From Fimbriimonadales bacterium (GTDB taxonomy: Bacteria > Armatimonadota > Fimbriimonadia > Fimbriimonadales > GBS-DC): a stretch of 64,000 nucleotides of DNA. Shown piece after piece: positions 1 through 8,662 of the stretch; positions within the stretch are counted from its first letter, which is position 1, and every line of letters begins with the position of its first letter. Below the pieces are notes generated by a model. That model was not told the origin of the DNA. It saw only the letters and a list, made by a program, of their open reading frames with translations, and made no database searches. Where the stretch lies: assembly GCA_025061985.1 (NCBI GenBank), contig JANXAW010000023.1, forward strand, positions 13,168-77,167. The letters are read 5' to 3'. The translations under genes and the position numbers were made by a program.

Positions 1-350
1 AAGCTCACGCGCTCTTCCCACCCCATCTGGCGCAGGATTTGGCAAATGATGCGTTGCCCTGCCTTCTCGTGGGCGACAAGGTCGAATAGGCTGGCGCATT
101 CGGGGGTAGCGTATTCCAAGTGGCTGCCAACCGCATCAATGTATAGGCGCCCTCCGTTAATGAGGAATCCGCCGCTGCGGGCAGGTTCAAACGCTTCGTC
201 GCGGGCAGTAAGGTCAATCAGTCCTAAGCGGGCTTTGTGGAACACATAGTTTTTGACGGCTTCTACAACGGTCTCAGCGGTTCCGATGCGCTCGTCACGT
301 ACGAAGCAGCCGAATTCGGTCTCAATCCCGAACACGCGGCGCCCAATCAT
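1..350 (-). CDS. pafA: Pup--protein ligase PafA-like protein (Pup ligase/deamidase family), N-terminal 116 codons only; gene runs off the left edge
   Basis: Not in the ORF track because it has no stop inside the window. Hand translation of the minus strand from ATG (348-350) gives MIGRRVFGIETEFGCFVRDE...SGGFLINGGRLYIDAVGSHLEYATPECASLFDLVAHEKAGQRI, with no stop down to position 1. This matches the PafA N-terminal signatures RRI.GIETEFG and NGARLY.DVGSHPEYAT.EC, and it lacks the long insertion Dop carries between them. An SD-like GGGGGAG lies just upstream. Confidence 0.7.
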   Translation of the reverse strand, partial: MIGRRVFGIETEFGCFVRDERIGTAETVVEAVKNYVFHKARLGLIDLTARDEAFEPARSGGFLINGGRLYIDAVGSHLEYATPECASLFDLVAHEKAGQRIICQILRQMGWEERVS

Positions 351-413
351 CACTGGCTCCCCCTACTCCAACACTACGCTATTATACACGATTCCGCGAG
401 TTGTGGTTCCGTT

Positions 414-1082
414 TTAGCCCTGACGCGCGTAGCGGAGTGCGTGGTCGGCGGGCACCAAAGCGACTTGAGCACCCTGTTGCCATGCGCGTTCGGGCGAATC
501 GGTCTGAAGCACCACGCCCGTGCGACGATATTGCGCTTCTGGAAGCAGCGTCTGTAGGGTAAGGCTATCGTCGGGCAGCAATATCACCTCGAAAGCGTCA
601 TGAAGCCGCCACAGCGCAAGGATGTGCAAGGGGTTGCCCAGCACTGCTAATCCGATTGCGCCTACTTGCCCCTCCTGACGCGCCACTTCTAACGCTTCTA
701 AAGCGCCACTGAGCTGCGCTTCGTTGGGCGTTTCGCGGATCCCCAGGAAATAGTAGTCCACTTGGGTGCGCCCGATCGCGCAGAACACCTCAATAAGGTG
801 CGATTGCACCAAGTTCGCAGCGATTCGGGCATCTGCCGCGGAGAGAATGAGTTCGGGTTGCGATACGACCGCCACTTGGAGGTGGTTGGGCACTTCGCGT
901 AAGAAGCGCCCCCACAGTCCAACGGCGGGCGTGATATCCAACGTTTCGATGGGCGATTCCAAGAGGGCGTGCATGAGGCGTTCGGCGCGCTCTTCGGCAG
1001 AGCCTTCGCCTGCAAGATGCCCTCGTGCCCAAATGGGATACACCATGCGGTTTGTTCGCCCGAAGCGGATGCGTGTGGTCAT
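414..1082 (-). CDS. aldo/keto reductase-like protein (catalytic motifs degenerate) / hypothetical
   Basis: 222-aa ORF. The blocks VDYYFLGI and ALEVARQEGQVGAIGL are spaced as in the AKR superfamily, but the D/Y/K/H catalytic tetrad is not recognisable. Its start overlaps the upstream gene stop by 4 nt (1079-1082). Confidence 0.35.
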   Translation of the reverse strand: MTTRIRFGRTNRMVYPIWARGHLAGEGSAEERAERLMHALLESPIETLDITPAVGLWGRFLREVPNHLQVAVVSQPELILSAADARIAANLVQSHLIEVFCAIGRTQVDYYFLGIRETPNEAQLSGALEALEVARQEGQVGAIGLAVLGNPLHILALWRLHDAFEVILLPDDSLTLQTLLPEAQYRRTGVVLQTDSPERAWQQGAQVALVPADHALRYARQG

Positions 1083-2752
1083 TTGCCCCCTATACGCGCC
1101 AATAGTTGAATATACCCCGCGTGAGCAAGCGGTTGACTGGGGTCATAGTCGCCTGCCACGGCTTGGGCGAGCTGGCGAGCGCGTTCACGCCAGTGCCCCT
1201 CGCCTGAAGCGTTGGCATACTCCCACATCGCCAGTGCCAGCAAAGCGTTATCTCCTGGAAGGGAGTCATCGCTGCCAACACGCACGGGGGCGACTCGAAG
1301 CGTGCCCCATTGCTCACTACGCGCGATGTCATAAAACCCTCCCGTTGGGTCGGCGTGTTCTTGCCAGATGTACTCCAGCAGCGAACGCGCCAGTTGAAGG
1401 GCGTTGGGATCGCGCGTAAGGTAATACACGCGCACGGCGGCGCGCACCGTTAGTGCCATGTCGGGGAGCCAATCGCGAGCGGCGCGTAAGGAGCTGTGGA
1501 ACAGGTCGCCATACCGCGTGCGCATAGCTACCAAGGTTTGAAGCACGCGCGGCGCGGTCTGTCGTGCCCAGTATGCTTGCGGGTCCAGTAATCCAAAGGT
1601 TTCTAGATAGTCTGCAAGTGCGATCACGGCGTAGGCGTTGGCGTCGGTGTAGAGCGCAAGGTCGCGCTGCGGAATGCCAGGCAGATGGGTAAGCACGGAT
1701 TGTAGCTTTGGTGAGGCTAAGGTTGCTATGAAGCCTGCGGGGCGCTCGCGATAGTAGCGAGTGCGCAAGGTATTGGCTAAAGCGTGGGCGATTTCGCCCA
1801 GCTCAGGCTCAAAGCGTGCGGCGCGGCTGTACAGGCTCAGCAAACGCGCTTGGTCAATCAATCGCTTGCCGCCGATGGGCTTGCCCTCAGGGTCTACGCC
1901 CTCTTCCACCGCGTGCACGGCTTGTGTTCGCAAGCACCAAAGTGGGCTATTCGGCAGCGACTGCAAGCGCGCACGTAGTATCCGCTGGGCACGCGCATCG
2001 CCCCGCTCGGCGATCGACAATAGCGCTTCCAACACGCTAAGGTTGTAGCTACTCTCAGGCGACAACTCCGCTGCTTGGAGGAACGCTTCTATGGCGCTCG
2101 GTTCTGGTATGGCGAAGCGCGCGGCACGCACCCAACGCGCGTTCCACGCTTGCTCTAGCTGTGTAGCCAGTTGCGCAACCTGCTCTGGGCGGTTGCGGAA
2201 GAGGTGGCTCAGCTCCTCTAGGTGGCGCATGAGTTCGGCGCGTGTGTCGGGCGCCACGGCGCGCACAGGCTTGCCATCGGGCGTGAACCATACCAAAACG
2301 GGATAGCGCGCAGGGTAGCCTTGCAATGCCGCCAACTGACGCGCATAGCGTGCTAGCTTAGGCATCGATTCGGCGTCCACCTTCGCCGCTATAAACTCGC
2401 GGTTGATAAGGTCTGCTACCCCCGAATCTGAGAACGCTTCGCGTCCTAACCGCTGGCAACGCCCTGACCAGTATGCCCCCACTTCCACTAAGACCAAGCG
2501 ATCGCGCCGTTGTGCCTGCTCAAATGCTTTTTGGAGTGAAGGCTGCCAGTTGACCAACTGGTACTGTCCGCTGCGTAGGTAAGCCTCAGAAGCATCCTTG
2601 AGTGCGTTGGGATGTTGCGCTCGTTCCAAGCTCCGCAGCAAGATACCTAGCCATGCCATCAGCACAATAAGCATACACACGCCGCTGAGCGCCGTAAGGC
2701 GTGGGGCATACCGCTCGACTACCGCGTGGTATTCGGGCGTAAGCCAGCTCAC
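1079..2752 (-). CDS. thioredoxin-fold DUF255/YyaL-like protein with N-terminal membrane anchor
   Basis: 557-aa ORF. It has an N-terminal TM helix (LSGVCMLIVLMAWLGILL). A thioredoxin-like block follows (RLVLVEVGAYWSGRCQRL...INREFIAAKVD...YPVLVWFTPDGKP), then a long alpha-helical repeat region typical of the six-hairpin part of this family. Confidence 0.6.
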   Translation of the reverse strand: MSWLTPEYHAVVERYAPRLTALSGVCMLIVLMAWLGILLRSLERAQHPNALKDASEAYLRSGQYQLVNWQPSLQKAFEQAQRRDRLVLVEVGAYWSGRCQRLGREAFSDSGVADLINREFIAAKVDAESMPKLARYARQLAALQGYPARYPVLVWFTPDGKPVRAVAPDTRAELMRHLEELSHLFRNRPEQVAQLATQLEQAWNARWVRAARFAIPEPSAIEAFLQAAELSPESSYNLSVLEALLSIAERGDARAQRILRARLQSLPNSPLWCLRTQAVHAVEEGVDPEGKPIGGKRLIDQARLLSLYSRAARFEPELGEIAHALANTLRTRYYRERPAGFIATLASPKLQSVLTHLPGIPQRDLALYTDANAYAVIALADYLETFGLLDPQAYWARQTAPRVLQTLVAMRTRYGDLFHSSLRAARDWLPDMALTVRAAVRVYYLTRDPNALQLARSLLEYIWQEHADPTGGFYDIARSEQWGTLRVAPVRVGSDDSLPGDNALLALAMWEYANASGEGHWRERARQLAQAVAGDYDPSQPLAHAGYIQLLARIGGK

Positions 2753-2812
2753 ATAGGCAGTGTACCCTGCGCAAGCCTACAGGGTGCCACTTTCAAAATC
2801 GCTGGTATAGGG

Positions 2813-2818
2813 TATGAT
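2813..2818 (+). promoter_or_regulatory. -10-like box TATGAT, 9 nt upstream of folE2 ATG (leaderless-type arrangement)
   Basis: A TAnnnT hexamer with no room for an SD before ATG 2828. Confidence 0.4.
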
Positions 2819-2827
2819 TCGCGCGGT

Positions 2828-3631
2828 ATGACATCCTTTGTGTCGCTACCTGATGTCGCCTCCGAAAAGGATCTGCGCGGTGTTGCGTTGCATGCAGTGG
2901 GCATCCGCGGGTTGCGCTTACCAATACTTTTGCGCGCGCCTTCTGGCAAAGAGCAGCAAGTTGTTGCGACTGCCAGCTTGAGCGTAGATGTGGAAGCCAC
3001 CCAACGCGGCATCCACATGAGCCGCCTTGTAGAGTCGCTTTACGAGTGGGCAAGCGTGCCTCGAACGCCTGGTGAGGTGCGTGCCTTGCTGACCCACGCG
3101 CGCGATCGCCTCAACAGCCGTGCTGCACAGCTACACCTGCGCTTCCCTTACTTCGTAGAACTGCCTGCCCCTGTAACCCGAGCCCCTGGCTGGCTGGATG
3201 TGGAAGTGGAATGGGAGTGCAAGCTCAACAACGGGGCCTCGCATGCGGTTAGCCACTTTGTGTTCCCAGCGATGACGCTATGCCCTTGCAGCAAGGCGAT
3301 TTCTGAGTACGGCGCGCACAATCAGCGCGCGCTGGTGCGCCTGTGGCTTCAAACTAAAGACAAGCTCCCGCGTCTACCCGATGACTACCTGTCCCTTGTT
3401 CAAGAGTCAGTCAGCTCGCTGGTCTACCCTGTGCTCAAGCGCCCTGACGAAAAGTATGTCACGGAGTACAGCTACGAGAACCCGCGCTTTGTGGAGGATG
3501 TAGCACGTGAGCTGACCCTACGTCTTGCCGCGCGCGAGGAAATCGCGTGGTTCCGCGTGGAATGCGAGTCGATAGAATCGATTCACAACCATAATGCGTT
3601 CGCGATGTACGAATCGCCTCGCCGCAAGTGA
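2828..3631 (+). CDS. folE2: GTP cyclohydrolase IB (FolE2/MptA family)
   Basis: Carries MTLCPCSKAISEYGAHNQR and ESIHNHNAFA, the FolE2 metal and active-site motifs. The track ORF starts at 2726, but that start overlaps the divergent gene. ATG 2828 (M35, MTSFVSLPDV) is preferred and sits 9 nt after a TATGAT box. Confidence 0.85.
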   Translation: MTSFVSLPDVASEKDLRGVALHAVGIRGLRLPILLRAPSGKEQQVVATASLSVDVEATQRGIHMSRLVESLYEWASVPRTPGEVRALLTHARDRLNSRAAQLHLRFPYFVELPAPVTRAPGWLDVEVEWECKLNNGASHAVSHFVFPAMTLCPCSKAISEYGAHNQRALVRLWLQTKDKLPRLPDDYLSLVQESVSSLVYPVLKRPDEKYVTEYSYENPRFVEDVARELTLRLAAREEIAWFRVECESIESIHNHNAFAMYESPRRK

Positions 3632-3639
3632 GGTGTGCG

Positions 3640-4362
3640 ATGTGCTTGGTGAGTGTTTCTGAGTTGCAGGTGGTGCTGGGCGGGCGAACTGTGCTGGACG
3701 GCGTTTCCTTAAAAGTCAACGCAGGCGAAACGGTTGCTGTGATTGGTCCCAACGGCGCGGGTAAGACCACGCTTTTGCGTGTGCTGCTTGGGCTACTGCC
3801 GTATCGCGGGCGCGTGCAGGTGTTGGGCAAGCCGCCCGAGCGGCTTACGCCCGCCGACCGCCGATTGATTGGCTACGTGCCCCAAGCGTTGGAGTTTGAT
3901 CGGACGATGCCGATGCTCACGCGCGAGCTGCTGTGGGCGATTCTGGGCGAGCGCGCTCGCCAACGCACGCAACTGCTCCAAGTGTTGGAAGCCGTCGACG
4001 CCACGCACTTGCTAGATAAGCCCTTGCGCACGCTCTCTGGGGGCGAGCTGCAGCGAGTGATTATCGCTGCCGCGCTGGCGTTGCAGCCAAAGCTCCTGTT
4101 GCTGGACGAGCCTGCCACGGGGATTGATGCTGGCGTGCGCGTACAGTTCTATGAGTTGATTGAGCAGTTGCGCGTGGAGCAGCAAGTCGGCACGCTGATG
4201 GTTTCGCACGACCTAAGCGTGGTTAGTCGGTATGCCACGCGGGTAGTATGCATTCACCATCGGTTGGTATGTGCAGGCTCGCCCCAAGAGGTGCTACAGA
4301 TGCCCCTTTTGGACGAGCTTTACGGACACCCTGTGGGCGTTTATCGGCACACGCATGATTAG
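3640..4362 (+). CDS. ABC transporter ATP-binding protein, ZnuC-like metal-uptake type
   Basis: Walker A GPNGAGKTT, signature LSGGELQRV, Walker B LLLLDEPATGID and H-loop SHDL are present. The length and the C-terminal YGHPV..YRH tail resemble the ZnuC/MntB class. Start is 3628 (GTG) or 3640 (ATG after GAGGTG). No permease or binding protein is adjacent. Confidence 0.75.
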   Translation: MCLVSVSELQVVLGGRTVLDGVSLKVNAGETVAVIGPNGAGKTTLLRVLLGLLPYRGRVQVLGKPPERLTPADRRLIGYVPQALEFDRTMPMLTRELLWAILGERARQRTQLLQVLEAVDATHLLDKPLRTLSGGELQRVIIAAALALQPKLLLLDEPATGIDAGVRVQFYELIEQLRVEQQVGTLMVSHDLSVVSRYATRVVCIHHRLVCAGSPQEVLQMPLLDELYGHPVGVYRHTHD

Positions 4363-5333
4363 CGCGTGCCCTGTATAATCAAGCCCTCTATCGGCTTGCC
4401 TTCTACAAACCGCCGCAGGTTTTCCACCAGCGCTTGAGAGATGCGTTGTTGCGCACCGCGCGTGATGCCTGCTCCATGCGGCGTCAAGATCACATTCGGC
4501 AGTTGCAGCAGCGGATGGTTCGCAGGGATCGGCTCCTCCCAGTAAACATCAATTGCAGCGCCGCCTAGGTGCCCCTGTAATGCCTCTATGAGCGCTTGCT
4601 CGTCAACTAATCCTGCGCGTGCTGTGTTGATGAGGAACGCGCCCTGCTTCATCGCAAACAGCCGCTCGCGGTTGATGATCCCGCGCGTCTCTGGAGTGAG
4701 TGCAAAGTGCAGCGTCACGAAGTCGCACCTAGGTAGCATCTCATCTAGCTCCATGTAGGTGACGCCGAACTGCGCCTCTTCTTCAGGCGACAGGCGCACC
4801 ACATCGTAGTATAGCTTGGTGACCCCAAAGGGCTGGAGGCGCGTAGCTACCGCGCGCCCTGTGTTGCCCATCCCGACGATGCCAACCGTCTTGCCGTACA
4901 GGTCGTCTGCGTATCCCATCCAGTACGAGTAGGGCCATTGCCCTTGCTTGAGCGCGTTGTGCACGTGGATTAGCCCGCGCCGCAGCGCTAGCATCACCAT
5001 AATCACGTGCTCTGCCACGCTAATCGCTTGGACAGCAGGCAGCGACGCTACTGTAATCCCCAGCTCACGCGCCGCGTCCAAGTCCACATGGTCAATTCCT
5101 GCTCCTGCCACTTGGATCAGCCGCAAGCGAGGTGCGCGTTCCAACATTTCGCGCGTGACTGGCACAAAGACGACGGAAATCAGTATCTCCGTCTCTGGCA
5201 TGCAAGCCATCAACTCGTCGGCATCTGTCGCCACTTCCACGCTGAACTCGTGGAACAGCGAGCGCACTAACGCCTTGTACTCCTCAATCTGCTCCATTTT
5301 TGGAAGAACAACAGTAAGTTTCATTATTCGCAC
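4359..5333 (-). CDS. D-isomer-specific 2-hydroxyacid dehydrogenase (NAD-binding), paralog A
   Basis: Rossmann motif GIVGMGNTGRAV, catalytic-region motifs INTARAGLVDEQAL and AAIDVY..EP, and ILTPHGAG are present. SD GGGAGGTG lies upstream. Confidence 0.85.
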   Translation of the reverse strand: MRIMKLTVVLPKMEQIEEYKALVRSLFHEFSVEVATDADELMACMPETEILISVVFVPVTREMLERAPRLRLIQVAGAGIDHVDLDAARELGITVASLPAVQAISVAEHVIMVMLALRRGLIHVHNALKQGQWPYSYWMGYADDLYGKTVGIVGMGNTGRAVATRLQPFGVTKLYYDVVRLSPEEEAQFGVTYMELDEMLPRCDFVTLHFALTPETRGIINRERLFAMKQGAFLINTARAGLVDEQALIEALQGHLGGAAIDVYWEEPIPANHPLLQLPNVILTPHGAGITRGAQQRISQALVENLRRFVEGKPIEGLIIQGTR

Positions 5334-5409
5334 CTCCCTTTTGCCAGCTTCGGGGCAGGGAAGGGTATTCCCACTGGACTTTCGCCCAAATGCGTAGTAT
5401 TTTGCGGAA

Positions 5410-6375
5410 TCAGCGCGTGCCTTGCACGATCACATCTGCCAGCGGCTTGCCCTCCATAAAGCGCAATATGTTCTGGATAACGCCTTGTGCGATCCGCGCT
5501 TGCGCCTCTTGCGTCACGCCTGCGCCATGAGGCGTTAGCACTACATTCGGCAAGCGCAACAGCGGATGGTCAGGGGGTGGCGGCTCGGGTGAGAACACAT
5601 CAATCGCTGCTCCACCTAAGTGCCCTTGCAGGGCTTCAATCAACGCCTGCTCGTCAACCAGCTCCGCACGCGCCGTGTTGATGAGAAACGCGCCTTGCTT
5701 CATGGCAAACAGCCGCTCGCGGTTGAACATCCCGCGCGTTTCGGGCGTAAGCGGCATATGGAGCGTAATTAGGTCGCACTCGGGGATTAGGGCATCCAGC
5801 TCCAAGTAAGTCACGCCGAGGCGCGCCTCTTGGTCAGGGGGTAAGGGGTGGATGTCGTAGTAGAGCGTCGTGACGCCAAACGGCAGCAAACGCGCAGCTA
5901 CCTCGCGCCCAATTCGCCCCATCCCGACGATACCCACGGTTTTCTCCTGCAAGTCGCGGGCGTGCGTCATCCAGTAGGGTAGCGACCACTGCCCTTGCGC
6001 CAGCATATTGTGCGCAGGGATTAGCCCTCTTAGCAACGCCAGCGCAACCATGACCACATGCTCGGCGACACTGACTGTATTTGCGCCCGTTACGGCAGCT
6101 ACGGTGATGCCTAACGCGCGCGCCGCTTCAATATCCACATGGTCTACGCCCACGCCCGCCACTTGGATGAAGCGCAGGCGCGGGGCTTGCTCCAACATTT
6201 CGCGCGAGAGAGGCGTGAACGCTGTGGAAATCAACACCTCCACATCAGGCAAGTGGGGCGTCAGCTCTTCTGCACTCGTCGCTAACTCCACAGTATGCCC
6301 GCTGAACAACGCACGCACCATTCCTATCTGTGCCTGCACCCGTTCCGAGGGCGGTAAGACAGCGACAATCTTCAT
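5410..6375 (-). CDS. D-isomer-specific 2-hydroxyacid dehydrogenase (NAD-binding), paralog B
   Basis: Same motif set as paralog A (GIVGMGRIGREV, INTARAELVDEQAL, LTPHGAG). The true start is ATG at 6375 (M129 of the 449-aa track ORF), preceded by GGAGGT. The longer ORF extension overlaps the divergent ABC gene. Confidence 0.85.
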   Translation of the reverse strand: MKIVAVLPPSERVQAQIGMVRALFSGHTVELATSAEELTPHLPDVEVLISTAFTPLSREMLEQAPRLRFIQVAGVGVDHVDIEAARALGITVAAVTGANTVSVAEHVVMVALALLRGLIPAHNMLAQGQWSLPYWMTHARDLQEKTVGIVGMGRIGREVAARLLPFGVTTLYYDIHPLPPDQEARLGVTYLELDALIPECDLITLHMPLTPETRGMFNRERLFAMKQGAFLINTARAELVDEQALIEALQGHLGGAAIDVFSPEPPPPDHPLLRLPNVVLTPHGAGVTQEAQARIAQGVIQNILRFMEGKPLADVIVQGTR

Positions 6376-6432
6376 AGCGCGGTTACCTCCTGCTGCGGGA
6401 GTTCGGCACGCTTCCCTATATTCCTGCGCGGG

Positions 6433-6438
6433 TACACT
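6433..6438 (+). promoter_or_regulatory. -10-like box TACACT, 9 nt upstream of the double-NBD ABC ATPase ATG
   Basis: A TAnnnT hexamer at a fixed short distance from ATG 6448, with no SD. Confidence 0.4.
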
Positions 6439-6447
6439 ATACGCGCG

Positions 6448-8043
6448 ATGCACCCACAGCCTGCGCCTACGCAAAGCGAGACGCCTTTGGAAAGCCGCGT
6501 TGCGCCGCTGATTGAAATGCGCGGCATTACGAAGCGGTTTGGCACGCTCACGGCTTGCGATTCGGTGGATTTGCAAGTTGCCCCCGCTACCCTGCATGCG
6601 ATTATGGGCGAAAACGGCGCAGGCAAGACCACACTGATGCGCATTCTCTACGGCTACTACACTCCCGACGCAGGCGAGATTTACCTCAGGGGCAAGCGCG
6701 TGCATTTGCGTAGCCCTGCCGACGCAATCGCCCACCACATCGGTATGGTCAGCCAGCACTACAGCATCATTCCTGAGCTGAGCGCGTTAGACAACCTGAT
6801 TTTGGGCGCAGAACCGACTTACCCGCTTGGCTGGCTCAATCGGCGCGCCGCCCTGCAAAAAGCCGAGCAACTGGCGCAGATGCTGGACTTCCAGCCCGAT
6901 TGGAACCGCCCCGCTGCGGAACTCAGTGTCGCTGCTCGCCAAAAGCTGGAGATCCTCAAGCTGCTTTGGCGCGACGCGGAGATTTTGATTTTGGACGAGC
7001 CTACGGCGATGCTCTCGCCGCGCGATGTGGACGCGCTGTTTGAGACCTTGCTACGCCTCAAGGCGCAGGGGCGCACGATTTTGCTGGTGACGCATAAGCT
7101 CAACGAGGCGCTGAACTATGCAGATTATGTGACGGTATTGCGCAACGGGCGCAAAGTCGCCGACGCGCCGATTGCAGCAGTGGACGCGCCGACCCTCACC
7201 CGCTGGATTATCGGCGAAGAGGCGGATGACAGGGCTACCTCGGTTGCCTTAGCCACGCCCGCAGAACGCCCGCAGGGAGAGGAGGTGCTGTCGGTGCGCC
7301 ATCTGTATGTCGCTTCAGACCGTGGGGGCTGGGGCGTGCGTGACCTGTGCCTTAGCGTGCGCGCGGGTGAAATCGTGGGGATTGCGGGCGTAGACGGCAG
7401 TGGACAGCTGGAGCTGATGGAAGCCCTTGCAGGGTTACGCCCCGTTGCCAAGGGCGAAATCCGTCTGCAGGGGCAGCCCATTCACCGCTGGAGCACCGCC
7501 CGCCGAATCCAAGCAGGCATTCGCTACCTGTTTGATGACCGCTTCCGACGGATGATGGCGCCGCAGTGGAGCGTGCTGGAGAACGCGATTTTGGGAGCGC
7601 AGCGCGACCCTGAGTTGCATCTGCTGGGCTGGTTCAAACCCCGTGCGCTTCGCCAGCGCGCTGAGTCGCTCATCCAACGGTTCCAAGTCAAGTTACCTTC
7701 CTTACGCGCGCCCATCGTGCAACTATCGGGGGGCAACCAGCAGCGGTTGGTCGTGGCACGAGCGCTGCACGGCAACCCGCGCTTGCTGATTGCCTACGCC
7801 CCCACGCGCGGGCTGGATATCCGCGGCGCGCAAGCCACATACGAGGCAATCCGCCACGCTTGCAACAATGGGATGGCAGCGCTGATTATCGCCTTGGACC
7901 TTGATGAGCTGATGGAGCACTGCGACCGCATCGCAGTGCTGTTCAAGGGCGCGATAGTGGCGGAGTTCACGCGCGAGCAGTTCTCGCGTGAGGCGATCGG
8001 CGCCGCGATGGTCGGCGCCACTCTGCAGGAGACCCCCATATGA
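6448..8043 (+). CDS. ABC transporter ATP-binding protein with two fused nucleotide-binding domains (sugar/nucleoside CUT2- or BMP-type)
   Basis: First NBD: GENGAGKTT, LSVAARQKLEI, ILILDEPT. Second NBD: GIAGVDGSGQ, LSGGNQQRL. The 531-aa length is typical of this class. No permease or binding protein is nearby. Confidence 0.85.
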   Translation: MHPQPAPTQSETPLESRVAPLIEMRGITKRFGTLTACDSVDLQVAPATLHAIMGENGAGKTTLMRILYGYYTPDAGEIYLRGKRVHLRSPADAIAHHIGMVSQHYSIIPELSALDNLILGAEPTYPLGWLNRRAALQKAEQLAQMLDFQPDWNRPAAELSVAARQKLEILKLLWRDAEILILDEPTAMLSPRDVDALFETLLRLKAQGRTILLVTHKLNEALNYADYVTVLRNGRKVADAPIAAVDAPTLTRWIIGEEADDRATSVALATPAERPQGEEVLSVRHLYVASDRGGWGVRDLCLSVRAGEIVGIAGVDGSGQLELMEALAGLRPVAKGEIRLQGQPIHRWSTARRIQAGIRYLFDDRFRRMMAPQWSVLENAILGAQRDPELHLLGWFKPRALRQRAESLIQRFQVKLPSLRAPIVQLSGGNQQRLVVARALHGNPRLLIAYAPTRGLDIRGAQATYEAIRHACNNGMAALIIALDLDELMEHCDRIAVLFKGAIVAEFTREQFSREAIGAAMVGATLQETPI

Positions 8044-8645
8044 GACCCGCCCGCTGGACAACGCGAATGGTGTTTTTGTTCTACTCGCGCCCTGTGTTTC
8101 GGGCGTGGGAGGTGTTTTGTAATCACACGGCGCGCCTCATCGCCCACAAAGAGCGGATGCGTTCGTTGCAGTTTTCCCGCGAGTGGGCACGACTGAACCT
8201 GTGGCGGATGGAAATCCAGCGCGGGCTGGGCAAAATCAGCGATAGCCATGCCCATGTGTGCGCTGCATGTGGGTACTGTTGCAAGGGCACGCGCGAGCGC
8301 GACGCCTTCTTAGACCGCGTGATGCAGAACCCCCGTACAGAGCATCTCGGGGCACGCCGTCGCAGGGGCGAGATGGTAGGTATTGTGCTTGCCCGTGCGG
8401 AAGGGCGTCTGCTGCATCTTGACGCGCCGAAGGCACAGGGTTGCTGCAACGAGCTGACTTGCCACGGCTGTCGCCTGCCGCGCGAGCTGCGCCCGATGCA
8501 GTGCCTAGCCTACTTTTGCGGCGCCGCCGTTAAAGCCTTGAGCCAAGAGGAATGCGAAGAGGGCATCCGATTGCTCAAAGAACTGCTCAAGCTCCAGTGG
8601 GCAGCGGTCAAACTAGCGCTGCGCTCCCGCTGGGCACGCTCGTAA
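8040..8645 (+). CDS. YkgJ-family (CxxCxxCC) zinc/iron-chelating domain protein
   Basis: Contains CAACGYCC (the CxxCGxCC motif) and a downstream Cys cluster CCNELTCHGC..RPMQCLAYFC. Its ATG overlaps the ABC gene stop (ATATGA at 8038-8043), which suggests translational coupling. Confidence 0.55.
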   Translation: MRPARWTTRMVFLFYSRPVFRAWEVFCNHTARLIAHKERMRSLQFSREWARLNLWRMEIQRGLGKISDSHAHVCAACGYCCKGTRERDAFLDRVMQNPRTEHLGARRRRGEMVGIVLARAEGRLLHLDAPKAQGCCNELTCHGCRLPRELRPMQCLAYFCGAAVKALSQEECEEGIRLLKELLKLQWAAVKLALRSRWARS

Positions 8646-8662
8646 AACCTTCGGAGGTGGCT

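Noticed and set aside
766-1419. Long ORFs antisense to or out of frame with confident genes (also 9380..9988, 13990..14595, 16079..16717, 25261..25797, 46186..46791, 51059..51721 and many shorter ones)
   Set aside because: These are shadow ORFs expected at about 60% G+C. Their translations are Arg/Ala/Gly/Pro-rich with no motifs, and each is fully covered by a gene with strong family signatures.
2753-2827. Possible Zur box upstream of folE2
   Set aside because: Only a weak AATC-N15-GATT symmetry is visible, and nothing resembles known Zur operators. It is left as a check rather than a call.
5410-6759. 449-aa ORF suggesting a much longer dehydrogenase
   Set aside because: The first 128 residues are Arg/Ala-rich with no family resemblance, and they overlap the divergent ABC gene (6448 onward). 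The internal ATG 6375 has a GGAGGT SD and gives a protein colinear with the neighbouring paralog.
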